A stretch of 32,000 nucleotides of DNA from Opitutales bacterium (GTDB lineage Bacteria; Verrucomicrobiota; Verrucomicrobiia; Opitutales; Coraliomargaritaceae), in contig JBMYVL010000004.1 of assembly GCA_049606355.1 (NCBI GenBank), positions 1 to 32,000 on the forward strand, in the 5' to 3' direction. The notes beneath the pieces were generated by a model, which did no database searches, was not told the origin of the DNA, and saw nothing but the letters and a program-made list of their open reading frames with translations. Below, in pieces: positions 7,472 to 17,207 of this stretch. Positions within the stretch are counted from its first letter, which is position 1; each line of letters starts with the position of its first letter. The translations under genes were made by a program, and so were the position numbers.

Positions 7472-8554
7472 ATGGAAAAGACTTATAAGATCGGAGACCG
7501 CACTTTCGTCCTCGACGAGAGTAAAGCTGAAGCCGCCTTTGCCGCAAAAAAGATCATCAACGGTAAAGACACGATGTTCTTTAATATTCTGCCGCTGAAA
7601 TATCAGTGGGCTTACGATCTGTATAAAACCATGAAGAATAACCATTGGGAGCCGGAAGATATCCCGATGCAAAAAGACGTCGAGCTGTGGCGCAGCAGTG
7701 ACCTATCTGAGGTCGAACGCTGGATCATTAAGATGGCGATTGGTTATTTTTCCGCGGCGGAGGGTATTGTGGGAGATAACATCCAGCACGTGACCCGTGA
7801 GTTGGTCACCGCTCCAGAATTGAAGTTGGTGTTGGGTCGCCACGCACACGAAGAGAACATTCATGCCGACTCTCTGGTGTACATGATCAGTTCGCTGGGA
7901 ATCAATCCGCACGAATGCGAGGCGATGTTTGAAGATATCCCGACTATCGCGAAGAAGACCGAATTTGTGGTGAGCAATTCGCGGGCTTTGCGCCGGGATA
8001 TGGATCTGGAAACCACCGCCGACAAGCAGGCCTTCGCTAAAAATCTATTCCTGTTCGGCCAGTGCATGGAGGGAACTCAGTTCTACGGCTTGTTTGGCAT
8101 GGTGCTGTCTTTGTACCGTCAAAACAAATTCCCCGGCGTCGGCCAAATGTTCCGCTATACCTTGCGCGATGAGTCGAATCACATCGAAGTGTTCCGCAAC
8201 CTGCTGATGGATCTGATCGAGGAAAACAGCGACGTCTGGACGCCTGAGTTTAAAGAGGAGTTGCACGACATGATGCGCGAGGCGATTACGCTAGAGAAGG
8301 AATTCATCCGCGATTGCTTGCCGGTAAACTCAGTCGGCCTCAGCGCCGACGAATTCTGCCAATACATTGATTATATCGCGGATCGACGCCTCGAGGGCGT
8401 GGGTCTGCCGCCGCTCAGCGAGGGTGTGGATAACCCCTTCCCATGGCTCGCTGAGATGATGGATATCAAGAAGGAACAGAACTTCTTTGAAGGGCGCGTC
8501 ACCGAATACCAAAAAGCTTCGGCACTGGGTTCGGTGGATGACGACGAACTTTAA
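7472..8554 (+). CDS. nrdB: Ribonucleotide-diphosphate reductase small subunit (beta), class Ic-like (R2c)
   Basis: Diiron-carboxylate ligand motifs AAE97GIV, E128NIH131, CMEG and RDESNH. C-terminal TEYQ Tyr and acidic tail DDDEL. Strong overall resemblance to the Chlamydia-type R2. Confidence 0.95.
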   Translation: MEKTYKIGDRTFVLDESKAEAAFAAKKIINGKDTMFFNILPLKYQWAYDLYKTMKNNHWEPEDIPMQKDVELWRSSDLSEVERWIIKMAIGYFSAAEGIVGDNIQHVTRELVTAPELKLVLGRHAHEENIHADSLVYMISSLGINPHECEAMFEDIPTIAKKTEFVVSNSRALRRDMDLETTADKQAFAKNLFLFGQCMEGTQFYGLFGMVLSLYRQNKFPGVGQMFRYTLRDESNHIEVFRNLLMDLIEENSDVWTPEFKEELHDMMREAITLEKEFIRDCLPVNSVGLSADEFCQYIDYIADRRLEGVGLPPLSEGVDNPFPWLAEMMDIKKEQNFFEGRVTEYQKASALGSVDDDEL

Positions 8555-8644
8555 TTTTTAGGCGGGGTCCTCGGATCCCGCCGCTGACCCCGGCCACTCG
8601 CTAACAAACCACACAACCCATATCTACTGACCCATACGACACCA

Positions 8645-11600
8645 ATGATTCAAAAAATTTCCTTCGAAGAAGATCTCGAACTCAAACGCTACGCCACTAC
8701 GCCCAAAGAAAATAAACCGCGCTTCGATTGGCGCGGTGTTGTTGGTGAGGGCAGTTTACAGCGACCGGAAATTAAGGTCGCGGCGGAGGGTGTGGAACGC
8801 GATTTCGATTTGGCGGAAATTGCTGACACGATTGGTGCAGCGCTCACCGATCTGTTGCTGTCGCGCCAGGAAGAGGAGATTTTTACGGACCACAACCAGA
8901 AGTTTGTGGCGACGGTTGCTGAGAGTGTGGGGCAGGTGTTGGCTGAGCAGATTGAGCAGGGCCGGGAGCTGAAGCTCTCGTCCCACGACATCGACTTACT
9001 CATTGAAAAGGCGCTGATTGAAAACGATGCGCATGACGTCGCGAAAAGCTTGGTTTTTGCCCGTAACCACGGTGCATCTACGGCTGAACGCGCGCCGGTG
9101 TCGATTCGTCTCATTCGCAGGAACGGCCAAGTCGTGCCCTGGAATGAATCGAAGATCGAAATCGCGGTGCGTAAATCGTTCCTCTCGCTGCATATGGATT
9201 CCACGCCCGCGGTGGAAGTCGCGCGCGCCTTAACCGATCGACTGAATGATTCCGGGCAAGCGTTTATCAACATCGAAGATGTGCAGGACGGAGTGCAGGA
9301 GGAACTGATGCGCCAAGGCTATTTCAAAGTCGCGGAGTCGTATATTCTCTACCGCGCGCACCGCGCCCGTGTCCGGGAAGAATCCGGTGTGGAGGAAAAC
9401 GACGAGTCGCAGCAGGAGTCGATGATCGTGGTGACGGAGGTCAACGGCGAGAACACTTTCTGGGATGGAGTCGACCTCAAGCGCCGCATTGAGTTTGCCA
9501 GTATTGGTCTGGAGCTGACTCTAGATGCCGACCAAATCGAATCCGAACTGCGCCGTTCCTTATACCCGGAAATGCGCCGTGAAGACTTGCAGAAGACCAT
9601 CATTCTAAATGCGAAGGCATTGATCGAACGCGATGCGGATTTCGCGCGTTTTGCCGGCCGGATCCTCCTCACCTATATTTACGAAGAGGTTTTAAATTGG
9701 GATATTGTTGAGGATGGGGTGGAGCAGTTGAAGGAAGCGCACCGCCGCGGTCTGCGTGGCTACCTGATGCGTGCGATTGAAATTGGCCGCGTGAACCCCA
9801 AACTGATGGACTATGATTTGGATCGCCTCGGCGATGCCCTGGATCCCTCCGCGGATCTCGATTTTGATTATCTCGGTATCCAGACCCTCTACGACCGCTA
9901 CCTGATCGTCGATAAGACCAGCAAGCAGCACCGCCGTTTAGAAGTCCCGCAGTTTTTCTGGATTCGGGTATCGATGGGGCTGTTCCATGCCGAAAAAGAG
10001 GATCGCGAGGGCTATGTCATTAGTCTCTACAATCTGTACAAGAGTCGCCGCTTCTGTTCTTCGACGCCAACCTTGTTTAATTCGGGCACGCTGCACTCAC
10101 AGCTTTCGTCCTGCTACCTGTATAAGGTGGATGACAGTATTGAGTCGATCATGCACCGCGGCATTGCGGACAACGCGTTCTTATCAAAGTGGGCGGGGGG
10201 GCTCGGTGGCTCCTGGACCGCAGTGCGCGGCACTGGCGGCTTTATTAACGGCACCAATGGTGAGAGCCAGGGTGTGATTCCTTTCCTTAAGTTGCACAAC
10301 GATCAGCTGGTGGCAGTTAATCAGGGGGGCAAGCGTCGCGGATCGGGCTGTGCGTATTTGGAAACATGGCACAATGATATCCATGACTTCCTGGAACTAC
10401 GCAAAAATACCGGTGATGATCGCCGCCGTACGCATGATATGAATACCGCGAACTGGATTCCGGATTTATTCATGAAGCGCATGGAAGCGCGGGAGAACTG
10501 GACCCTGTTCCGCTCAAATGAAGCTCCGGATCTGCATGAGCTGTACGGGAAGGCCTTTGAAGCCCGCTATACTGAGTACGAAGCGATGGCGGAACGCGGA
10601 GAAATCTTCGGCAAGCAAGTGCCTGCAATCGAATTATGGAAGTCGATGCTGCGAATGATCTTCGAGACCGGGCATCCGTGGATTACCTTTAAGGATCCGT
10701 GTAATGTGCGCAGTCCACAAGACCACGCGGGGGTAATCCATAGCTCGAATCTGTGCACGGAGATTACGCTCAATACCAGCGATGAAGAAACGGCGGTGTG
10801 TAACCTCGGCTCCGTGGTATTGGATTCGCACTTGGATAAGGACGGTAATTTGGATCATGGTAAGCTTCGCGAGACGATCCGTATCGCGGTTCGCGCGCTC
10901 GATAATGTGATCGATATTAACTTCTACCCCACCAAGGCAGCGAAAACGGCCAACAGTCGCCATCGCCCGGTGGGCCTGGGTATTATGGGGCTGCAAAATG
11001 CATTGTTCGTGAAGGATATCCCCTTCGCGTCGCAGGCAGCGGTTGAGTTTAACGACGAGTTCATGGAAGCGATTGCCTACTATGCGTACGAGGCATCCTC
11101 AGATTTGGCCGCCGAGCACGGTACGTACAGCACCTATCAGGGCTCAAAATGGGATCGTGGATTAATGCCCCAGGATACGCTCGACTTGCTCGAATCCGAG
11201 CGCGGTGAAGAGGTGCAAGTGCCACGGGCCGGCAAGATGGATTGGAAGCCGCTGCGTGAGAAAATTGCCCAACAAGGGATGCGCAATTCGAATGTACTGG
11301 CGATTGCTCCGACCGCGACGATCTCCAACATTATGGGGACGTCCCCCTGCATCGAGCCGACCTATAAGAACCTGTTCGTGAAGAGCAATTTGTCCGGTGA
11401 CTTCATTGTCTTAAACGGGCACCTTGTACGTGACCTCAAGGCGCATGGCCTCTGGAACAATGAAATGTGTGACCAGTTGAAGTATTTCGATGGTGAACTC
11501 GACTCGATTGAGGGCATCCCTGAGAGCCTTCGCGAGAAGTACAAGACTGCATTTACGGTTGACTATCAGTACTTTATTGATGCGGCTGCACGGCGCCAGA

Positions 11601-11893
11601 AGTGGATCGATCAATCTCAATCGGTCAACCTCTTCCTCGCTGAGCCGGACATCAAAACCTTGTCGCACATGTATCGAGATGCCTGGCATAAGGGCTTAAA
11701 GACGACCTATTATCTGCGTACGCTCGGCGCTTCCAATATTGAGAAGGCCACCGTGAGCGTGAAGAAGGAAGTCCGCGGGCGTGCGGGACAAGTTGAAGAC
11801 GCGTCTGGCAAAAAGGAGTACACGGATGCCGAGGTCAAAGCCTGCTCGCTGGAGGCGATGCTCAATGGCGGTGAGTGTGAGGCCTGCCAATAG
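8645..11893 (+). CDS. nrdA: Ribonucleotide-diphosphate reductase large subunit (alpha), class I, with three N-terminal ATP-cone-like modules
   Basis: Active-site SSNLCTEI, the GLGIMG and PTATIS motifs, and a C-terminal redox pair CEAC. At 1082 aa it is about 320 aa longer than E. coli NrdA, owing to N-terminal ATP-cone repeats. Confidence 0.95.
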   Translation: MIQKISFEEDLELKRYATTPKENKPRFDWRGVVGEGSLQRPEIKVAAEGVERDFDLAEIADTIGAALTDLLLSRQEEEIFTDHNQKFVATVAESVGQVLAEQIEQGRELKLSSHDIDLLIEKALIENDAHDVAKSLVFARNHGASTAERAPVSIRLIRRNGQVVPWNESKIEIAVRKSFLSLHMDSTPAVEVARALTDRLNDSGQAFINIEDVQDGVQEELMRQGYFKVAESYILYRAHRARVREESGVEENDESQQESMIVVTEVNGENTFWDGVDLKRRIEFASIGLELTLDADQIESELRRSLYPEMRREDLQKTIILNAKALIERDADFARFAGRILLTYIYEEVLNWDIVEDGVEQLKEAHRRGLRGYLMRAIEIGRVNPKLMDYDLDRLGDALDPSADLDFDYLGIQTLYDRYLIVDKTSKQHRRLEVPQFFWIRVSMGLFHAEKEDREGYVISLYNLYKSRRFCSSTPTLFNSGTLHSQLSSCYLYKVDDSIESIMHRGIADNAFLSKWAGGLGGSWTAVRGTGGFINGTNGESQGVIPFLKLHNDQLVAVNQGGKRRGSGCAYLETWHNDIHDFLELRKNTGDDRRRTHDMNTANWIPDLFMKRMEARENWTLFRSNEAPDLHELYGKAFEARYTEYEAMAERGEIFGKQVPAIELWKSMLRMIFETGHPWITFKDPCNVRSPQDHAGVIHSSNLCTEITLNTSDEETAVCNLGSVVLDSHLDKDGNLDHGKLRETIRIAVRALDNVIDINFYPTKAAKTANSRHRPVGLGIMGLQNALFVKDIPFASQAAVEFNDEFMEAIAYYAYEASSDLAAEHGTYSTYQGSKWDRGLMPQDTLDLLESERGEEVQVPRAGKMDWKPLREKIAQQGMRNSNVLAIAPTATISNIMGTSPCIEPTYKNLFVKSNLSGDFIVLNGHLVRDLKAHGLWNNEMCDQLKYFDGELDSIEGIPESLREKYKTAFTVDYQYFIDAAARRQKWIDQSQSVNLFLAEPDIKTLSHMYRDAWHKGLKTTYYLRTLGASNIEKATVSVKKEVRGRAGQVEDASGKKEYTDAEVKACSLEAMLNGGECEACQ

Positions 11894-11932
11894 TCGAGCA
11901 GCTGACGAGGCTTGGCTGTAGCAGTTCAACCG

Positions 11933-11966
11933 GGGCGTTTCCACGAGTGGAAGCGCCCTTTGCTTT
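11933..11966 (+). terminator. Rho-independent terminator of nrdBA
   Basis: 11-bp stem (gggcgtttcca / tggaagcgccc, one G-U pair), 4-nt loop cgag, followed by tttgcttt. It abuts the stop codon of the convergent response regulator gene. Confidence 0.7.
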
Positions 11967-12624
11967 AATTGTGGGCGAAGAAGCCGAAGCCCGGATCAAC
12001 TAAATTTTTGGCGATGGCCCAGCGGGTTAGGGCAGCGACATTTGCCAAATCCAGTTTGCTCATAATGTTGGTCCGATGTGTATCTGCAGTGCGGACGCTC
12101 ATGCCGAGCTTGGCGGCAATCTGCTTATTGGTGTAGCCTTCGGCGATGAGTTGCGTCACTTCCCGTTCACGGCTGGTAAGGGTTTCAAGGGAGTCGCAGT
12201 GCGCATCGTTTTGCATCAGATGTCGCATCAGCTCCACTGTTTCAGCGCTAAAATAGGCAGTTCCATCAGCGGTCAACTGTATCGCTCTTTTCAGTTCGGA
12301 AAGGGGTGCGGATTTTTGAATAAATCCGGTCACACCAACTTTCAGTACTCTCCGCAGCGAACTTTTTGTCGTTGAGCCGGAACAAATCAGAACATTTACC
12401 TCGGGTCGCTTTTGTTTTAATCGAGCCAGCAGCTCAGCGCCATGAAGGTTGGGTAAAAGCAGGTCGAGGATTATTAAGTCCGCATGGAGCTTGTTGCACA
12501 TGGCATAGCCTTCGGCACCGTCGCCGGTTTCTCCAACCACTCGCATCTCAGGGGTGGAGTCGATGAGCGAAGTCAGGAGCTCCCGAAGTAACACTTGGTC
12601 TTCGATAAGAATCACGTCCTTCAT
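11965..12624 (-). CDS. Two-component response regulator, NarL/FixJ (LuxR-type HTH) family
   Basis: Receiver domain (MKDVILIEDQ..., DLIILDLLLPNLHG, KVGVTGFIQK). C-terminal LuxR HTH (LTSREREVTQLIAEGYTNKQIAAKLGMSVRTADTHRTNIMSKL). Confidence 0.9.
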   Translation of the reverse strand: MKDVILIEDQVLLRELLTSLIDSTPEMRVVGETGDGAEGYAMCNKLHADLIILDLLLPNLHGAELLARLKQKRPEVNVLICSGSTTKSSLRRVLKVGVTGFIQKSAPLSELKRAIQLTADGTAYFSAETVELMRHLMQNDAHCDSLETLTSREREVTQLIAEGYTNKQIAAKLGMSVRTADTHRTNIMSKLDLANVAALTRWAIAKNLVDPGFGFFAHN

Positions 12625-12837
12625 TGACCAGTATTATAGGGATACTTTCTAGAAACGTTCAAGGACTAGTTTAGCTAGAGAAGGAAATAACTATAAAAAA
12701 ATAGCTCGCCAGTTGCCTTGGGAATGGTTACCAGCTGCACCCGTATTGTGGGTTAAGCATCCCTGCCCTTTGATTTCGCAAGGAGCTGCGGCTAAATATT
12801 GCCCAAGCGTTGACGCGCTGCGATTCGCGGGCAGGCT

Positions 12838-13545
12838 ATGCGCTTCGTGGCTGTGTTTGATACATCAACCGTTTATAGTGGAACGACTGCACTGATCGCA
12901 GGCTTGGTCTCGAGTGTGCACTGTGTGGCGATGTGCGGCCCGCTTTCCTGTGCGTTTTTACGCACTCGCTCGGAATCGGCGAGTCCGCATGCGGTGTTGA
13001 GCGCCTATCACTTGTGCAAATTGTGCGCTTATCTGCTTATTGGTGCCTTAGCGGGTGCATTCGGCGGAGTGGTGTTGAGCTATTTGCAAGCATCGTGGCT
13101 CAACTACCTGCCGTGGATTCTGGTTTTCTTTTTTGTAGCAATCGCGCTGCACTTGAATCGCTTCTTCCCAAAGCCTACCTGGTTGGGCCGTATCTATAAA
13201 GCAATCGCCGCCCGCTACACCGGCTTCAACCTAGTTGTCGGCGCAGGCATCCTAGGTGCTGCCAGTCCGCTCTTACCCTGCGGTCCGCTCTACCTGATTT
13301 TTGGCTTATCGATGTTTTCCGGCTCTGCGGCAAAAGGTGCAGAATTTGCCGCCGGTTTTGGCATTGGGACGATACCTTTGTTGTGGCTCGCGCAAAGCCA
13401 GTACGCTCGCCTCAACGGGTACGTTTCGATGCGCGTCTTGTCTCAGGTACAGCGTTGGGTTGCCATGTGTGCGGCGCTCGTGGTCCTCTGGCGCTTGCGG
13501 GCGACGCTTGGGATTGAGACTGCGATTGACTGGATTTGTCGTTGA
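12838..13545 (+). CDS. Polytopic membrane protein, DsbD_2 / TauE-SafE-like (HCxxMCGP ... PCGPLY motifs)
   Basis: About 6 hydrophobic helices, with paired Cys motifs SSVHCVAMCGPLSC and LLPCGPLYL that are characteristic of the DsbD_2-type family. Confidence 0.65.
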   Translation: MRFVAVFDTSTVYSGTTALIAGLVSSVHCVAMCGPLSCAFLRTRSESASPHAVLSAYHLCKLCAYLLIGALAGAFGGVVLSYLQASWLNYLPWILVFFFVAIALHLNRFFPKPTWLGRIYKAIAARYTGFNLVVGAGILGAASPLLPCGPLYLIFGLSMFSGSAAKGAEFAAGFGIGTIPLLWLAQSQYARLNGYVSMRVLSQVQRWVAMCAALVVLWRLRATLGIETAIDWICR

Positions 13546-13572
13546 GTCTCACTGCGATCGGTCAGCTGGGCA

Positions 13573-13604
13573 TAAAAAAAGCCCCGGTGGACCGGGGCTT
13601 CGTT
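13573..13604. terminator. Bidirectional rho-independent terminator
   Basis: aaaaaaa-GCCCCGG-tgga-CCGGGGC-ttcgtt: a perfect 8-bp stem counting the A-T closing pair, flanked by an A-run and a T-rich tract. It lies between two convergent genes. Confidence 0.7.
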
Positions 13605-13619
13605 GAGCTAGGAGCAGAT

Positions 13620-14342
13620 TTAAGCGTCTTCGTCGGGAGGGGTGGTTTGCTCTTCGTACTGCACCTCTTCTTCCTCTTCTTCCTCTTCCCACTTCATGGT
13701 GTCGTCAGCTTCGATCGTTTCACTGGTATCGGCTTCGACATCCGAAAGCTCTTCTTCGAGCTCTTCATCTTCGGATTTGGGTCCGCTGCTTTCTTCATCA
13801 TCCAGTTCGAATCCCTCAGGGACGTATTCAAGAATCGCGGTCATCTCGCGGAAGAAGTGGCTCGCGCGGCCTTCCATAAAGTCACTGTTCTGCGTTTCGC
13901 GAATTTCCTCTTCCAGTTCTTCAATGGTGAAGCTTTGAGAGAAATCGATTAGGTCGTTGAGGAGTTTGACGCGTAGTTTGGTAATGTGGTCGATTAAGTC
14001 CGCGTAGGGACCTTTTTCTTCATCCATCACATTCGGCAGAGCGAAGAGCTGCTCTTCGTTTTCCAGGATGCTATCTTGTATGCGCTTCAGCACCACGCTC
14101 TTGTCTTTCTCGACCTCATCAATGGTGAACGGATAAAAGGCTTCCTCCACCAGTTCATTCTGCAAGCCGTAATCTCCAAGGGGTTCGAGCAAATCGAGAA
14201 TGTATTGGAATTGACGCGGATCGATGATGCCCAAGCCGTCGATATCCCAGTGGATGGGGTCGCTAATCTCTTGAACCCACCAATTCATATCGTCACCAAT
14301 GCGAGCCTTACACCATGTGAGCTTCGAAGTCGTATTTGCCAT
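13620..14342 (-). CDS. Hyper-acidic hypothetical protein (240 aa) with poly-Glu C-terminal tail
   Basis: Long ORF. I prefer the ATG at 14342 (MANTTSKLTWCK...). No signal peptide and no TM helix. 32 of the last 62 residues are D/E, including an EEEEEEEE run. I recognise no family. Confidence 0.6.
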   Translation of the reverse strand: MANTTSKLTWCKARIGDDMNWWVQEISDPIHWDIDGLGIIDPRQFQYILDLLEPLGDYGLQNELVEEAFYPFTIDEVEKDKSVVLKRIQDSILENEEQLFALPNVMDEEKGPYADLIDHITKLRVKLLNDLIDFSQSFTIEELEEEIRETQNSDFMEGRASHFFREMTAILEYVPEGFELDDEESSGPKSEDEELEEELSDVEADTSETIEADDTMKWEEEEEEEEVQYEEQTTPPDEDA

Positions 14343-14565
14343 ACTGCAGAACTGTGCTGATTGAGTTTGTATTCGTTTTGAGTCGAGCGGTGACCCTCGA
14401 AAGAGAGCACAGAAATGACTACAAGATACATTCGGTAAATCCACCGTGCGGCAGCTTGTAAAGGGCTTAAGTGGACAAAATTTTGTAAATAGCATTTTAC
14501 TTGTTTTGAGCGGCTTGGGCGTTAGCCTGCCTCCCTTCGCAGCCGAGTAGCTGAGATCACTTATT

Positions 14566-15630
<1,065 letters not shown>

Positions 15631-15636
15631 GCCCGT

Positions 15637-16560
15637 TTAGGCTTGCGTGAGTGCGGCCGCTTCGTTGGCGGCTGCTTGCTTGGCCAGCATCTCTTTGCGA
15701 CGAGCCAAGACATCAAACACATCGGATTGTTCATCGGCGTGGTAAGAGGAGCGCACCAGCGGTCCGGATTCGCAGACTCCAAAGCCAATTTCGAGGGCGT
15801 AGTCCTTCCAACGTTTGAATTCCTCCGGAGTGACCCAGCGGTCGATCGGCGCGTGCTCCTTGGTCGGTTGCAAGTACTGGCCAATGGTCAGAATATCAAC
15901 GCCGACGTCGACCATGTCCTGGAGAACCTCTTTGATTTCCGCTTCTTTTTCTCCAATGCCGAGCATGATGCCCGACTTGGTGATGAAACCGCGTGATTTG
16001 GCGTGCTTGAGCACCCATAAGGAACGGTCGTAACGTGCGGTCTTGCGGATGGGGCGTTGCAAGCGCTGCACCGTCTCCATGTTGTGATTGAAAATATCAG
16101 GGCAGGCATCGAGCACGACATCGAGGTATTCCTGTTGGCCGCGGAAGTCGGCAGTCAGCACTTCAATGGCGCAGTCGGGCTTGCGATTGCGGATCGCGCG
16201 AATGGTCGCCGCCCACACGGAGGCGCCCCCATCTTTCAAATCATCGCGGGCGACCGAGGTGACCACTGTGTATTTGAGGCCCATTTTGGCAATCGACTCG
16301 GCGACGCGCGCCGGCTCCCCGAGATCGAGCTCTGTGGGGCGACCTGTTTGGATCGCACAAAAACTGCAGGATCGGGTGCAGATATTCCCGAGAATCATAA
16401 CCGTGGCGGTGCCGCGCGACCAGCATTCGCCCATATTGGGGCACTGCGCACTCTTGCACACGGTGTGAAGATTGTGTGTATCGACAATTTCACGGGTGGC
16501 CTTGTAGCCGGCGCTGGTGGGCAGTTTGGCACGCAGCCAGTCTGGTTTACGATTCTGCAT
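15637..16560 (-). CDS. lipA: Lipoyl synthase (radical SAM)
   Basis: CPNMGEC auxiliary cluster motif and radical-SAM CTRSCSFC. The start at 16560 (MQNRKPDWLRAKLP) matches the usual LipA N-terminus. The track start at 16599 would overlap lipB by 53 nt. Confidence 0.95.
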   Translation of the reverse strand: MQNRKPDWLRAKLPTSAGYKATREIVDTHNLHTVCKSAQCPNMGECWSRGTATVMILGNICTRSCSFCAIQTGRPTELDLGEPARVAESIAKMGLKYTVVTSVARDDLKDGGASVWAATIRAIRNRKPDCAIEVLTADFRGQQEYLDVVLDACPDIFNHNMETVQRLQRPIRKTARYDRSLWVLKHAKSRGFITKSGIMLGIGEKEAEIKEVLQDMVDVGVDILTIGQYLQPTKEHAPIDRWVTPEEFKRWKDYALEIGFGVCESGPLVRSSYHADEQSDVFDVLARRKEMLAKQAAANEAAALTQA

Positions 16561-17203
16561 AAGCTTCGAGAGTGTTCGCAAAAACAGCTTCAAATTCAAC
16601 TGCTAATCGATCTTTAATCGCAGTTGCTGTCGGTGGCGTCTGCAATTCCGCCGCGAGCGAGGTCACACCACCGTCGGTGATGCCGCAGGGCACGATGCCC
16701 TCAAAATGAGACAAGTCCGGATTTAAATTGAGCGCAAATCCGTGGTAGGTGACCCAGCTGCGCACGGCCACCCCAATGGCACAAATTTTGCGCTGATTGT
16801 CGATCCAGATCCCGGTTTTTCCCTCACGCCGAGCGGCAGCGAGTTTGAAATGCGTCAGGGTGCGGATCACGACAGACTCCAGATCGCGTAAGTAGGCATG
16901 CAGGTCTTTGCGCTGGTGCAACGATACAATCGGGTAGGCGACGATTTGCCCGGGGCCATGGTAAGTGATGTCACCCCCGCGGTTACTGGACACCCAGTCG
17001 ATGCCTTTGCGAGCCCGTGTTGCGGCGTCCCAGAGCAAGTGCTGGGCCGCGCCTTTACGCAATCCGACGGTGAAGACCGGTTCGTGCTCAGTGAAGATGA
17101 GCGTATCGCCAATGTGACCCCTACGGCGCTTGGCGACCTGTGCCTTTTGTTGCTCCAGGGCATCGCTATAGGCAGTGCGACCCCAATCCACAACTCTCAG
17201 CAT
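16547..17203 (-). CDS. lipB: Octanoyltransferase (lipoyl(octanoyl) transferase)
   Basis: LipB motifs RGGDITYHGPGQ, KICAIGV and PCG (EGIVPCGI). Typical size of 218 aa. Confidence 0.93.
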   Translation of the reverse strand: MLRVVDWGRTAYSDALEQQKAQVAKRRRGHIGDTLIFTEHEPVFTVGLRKGAAQHLLWDAATRARKGIDWVSSNRGGDITYHGPGQIVAYPIVSLHQRKDLHAYLRDLESVVIRTLTHFKLAAARREGKTGIWIDNQRKICAIGVAVRSWVTYHGFALNLNPDLSHFEGIVPCGITDGGVTSLAAELQTPPTATAIKDRLAVEFEAVFANTLEAYAES

Positions 17204-17207
17204 CGCA

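Noticed and set aside
8689-9273. 194-aa minus-strand ORF, plus several others (10634..10996, 11411..11689), inside nrdA
   Set aside because: They are antisense to an unambiguous, motif-rich CDS, with Ser/Arg-rich low-information translations.
13536-13952. + strand ORFs with poly-Ser/Phe/Leu runs (13536..13952 and 13642..13938)
   Set aside because: They are mirror images of the GAA/GAG-rich acidic tail on the minus strand, which is a low-complexity artefact. They also run through the strong terminator hairpin at 13573-13604.
14375-14513. Short direct repeat GTTTTGAG(..)GCGG at 14375 and 14503 in the acidic-gene/pyrD divergent promoter region
   Set aside because: Only 8-11 nt match and there are only two copies, which is compatible with chance. 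No palindromic partner is present.
16057-16617. 186-aa + strand ORF
   Set aside because: It is antisense to lipA, which has both Fe-S cluster Cys motifs.
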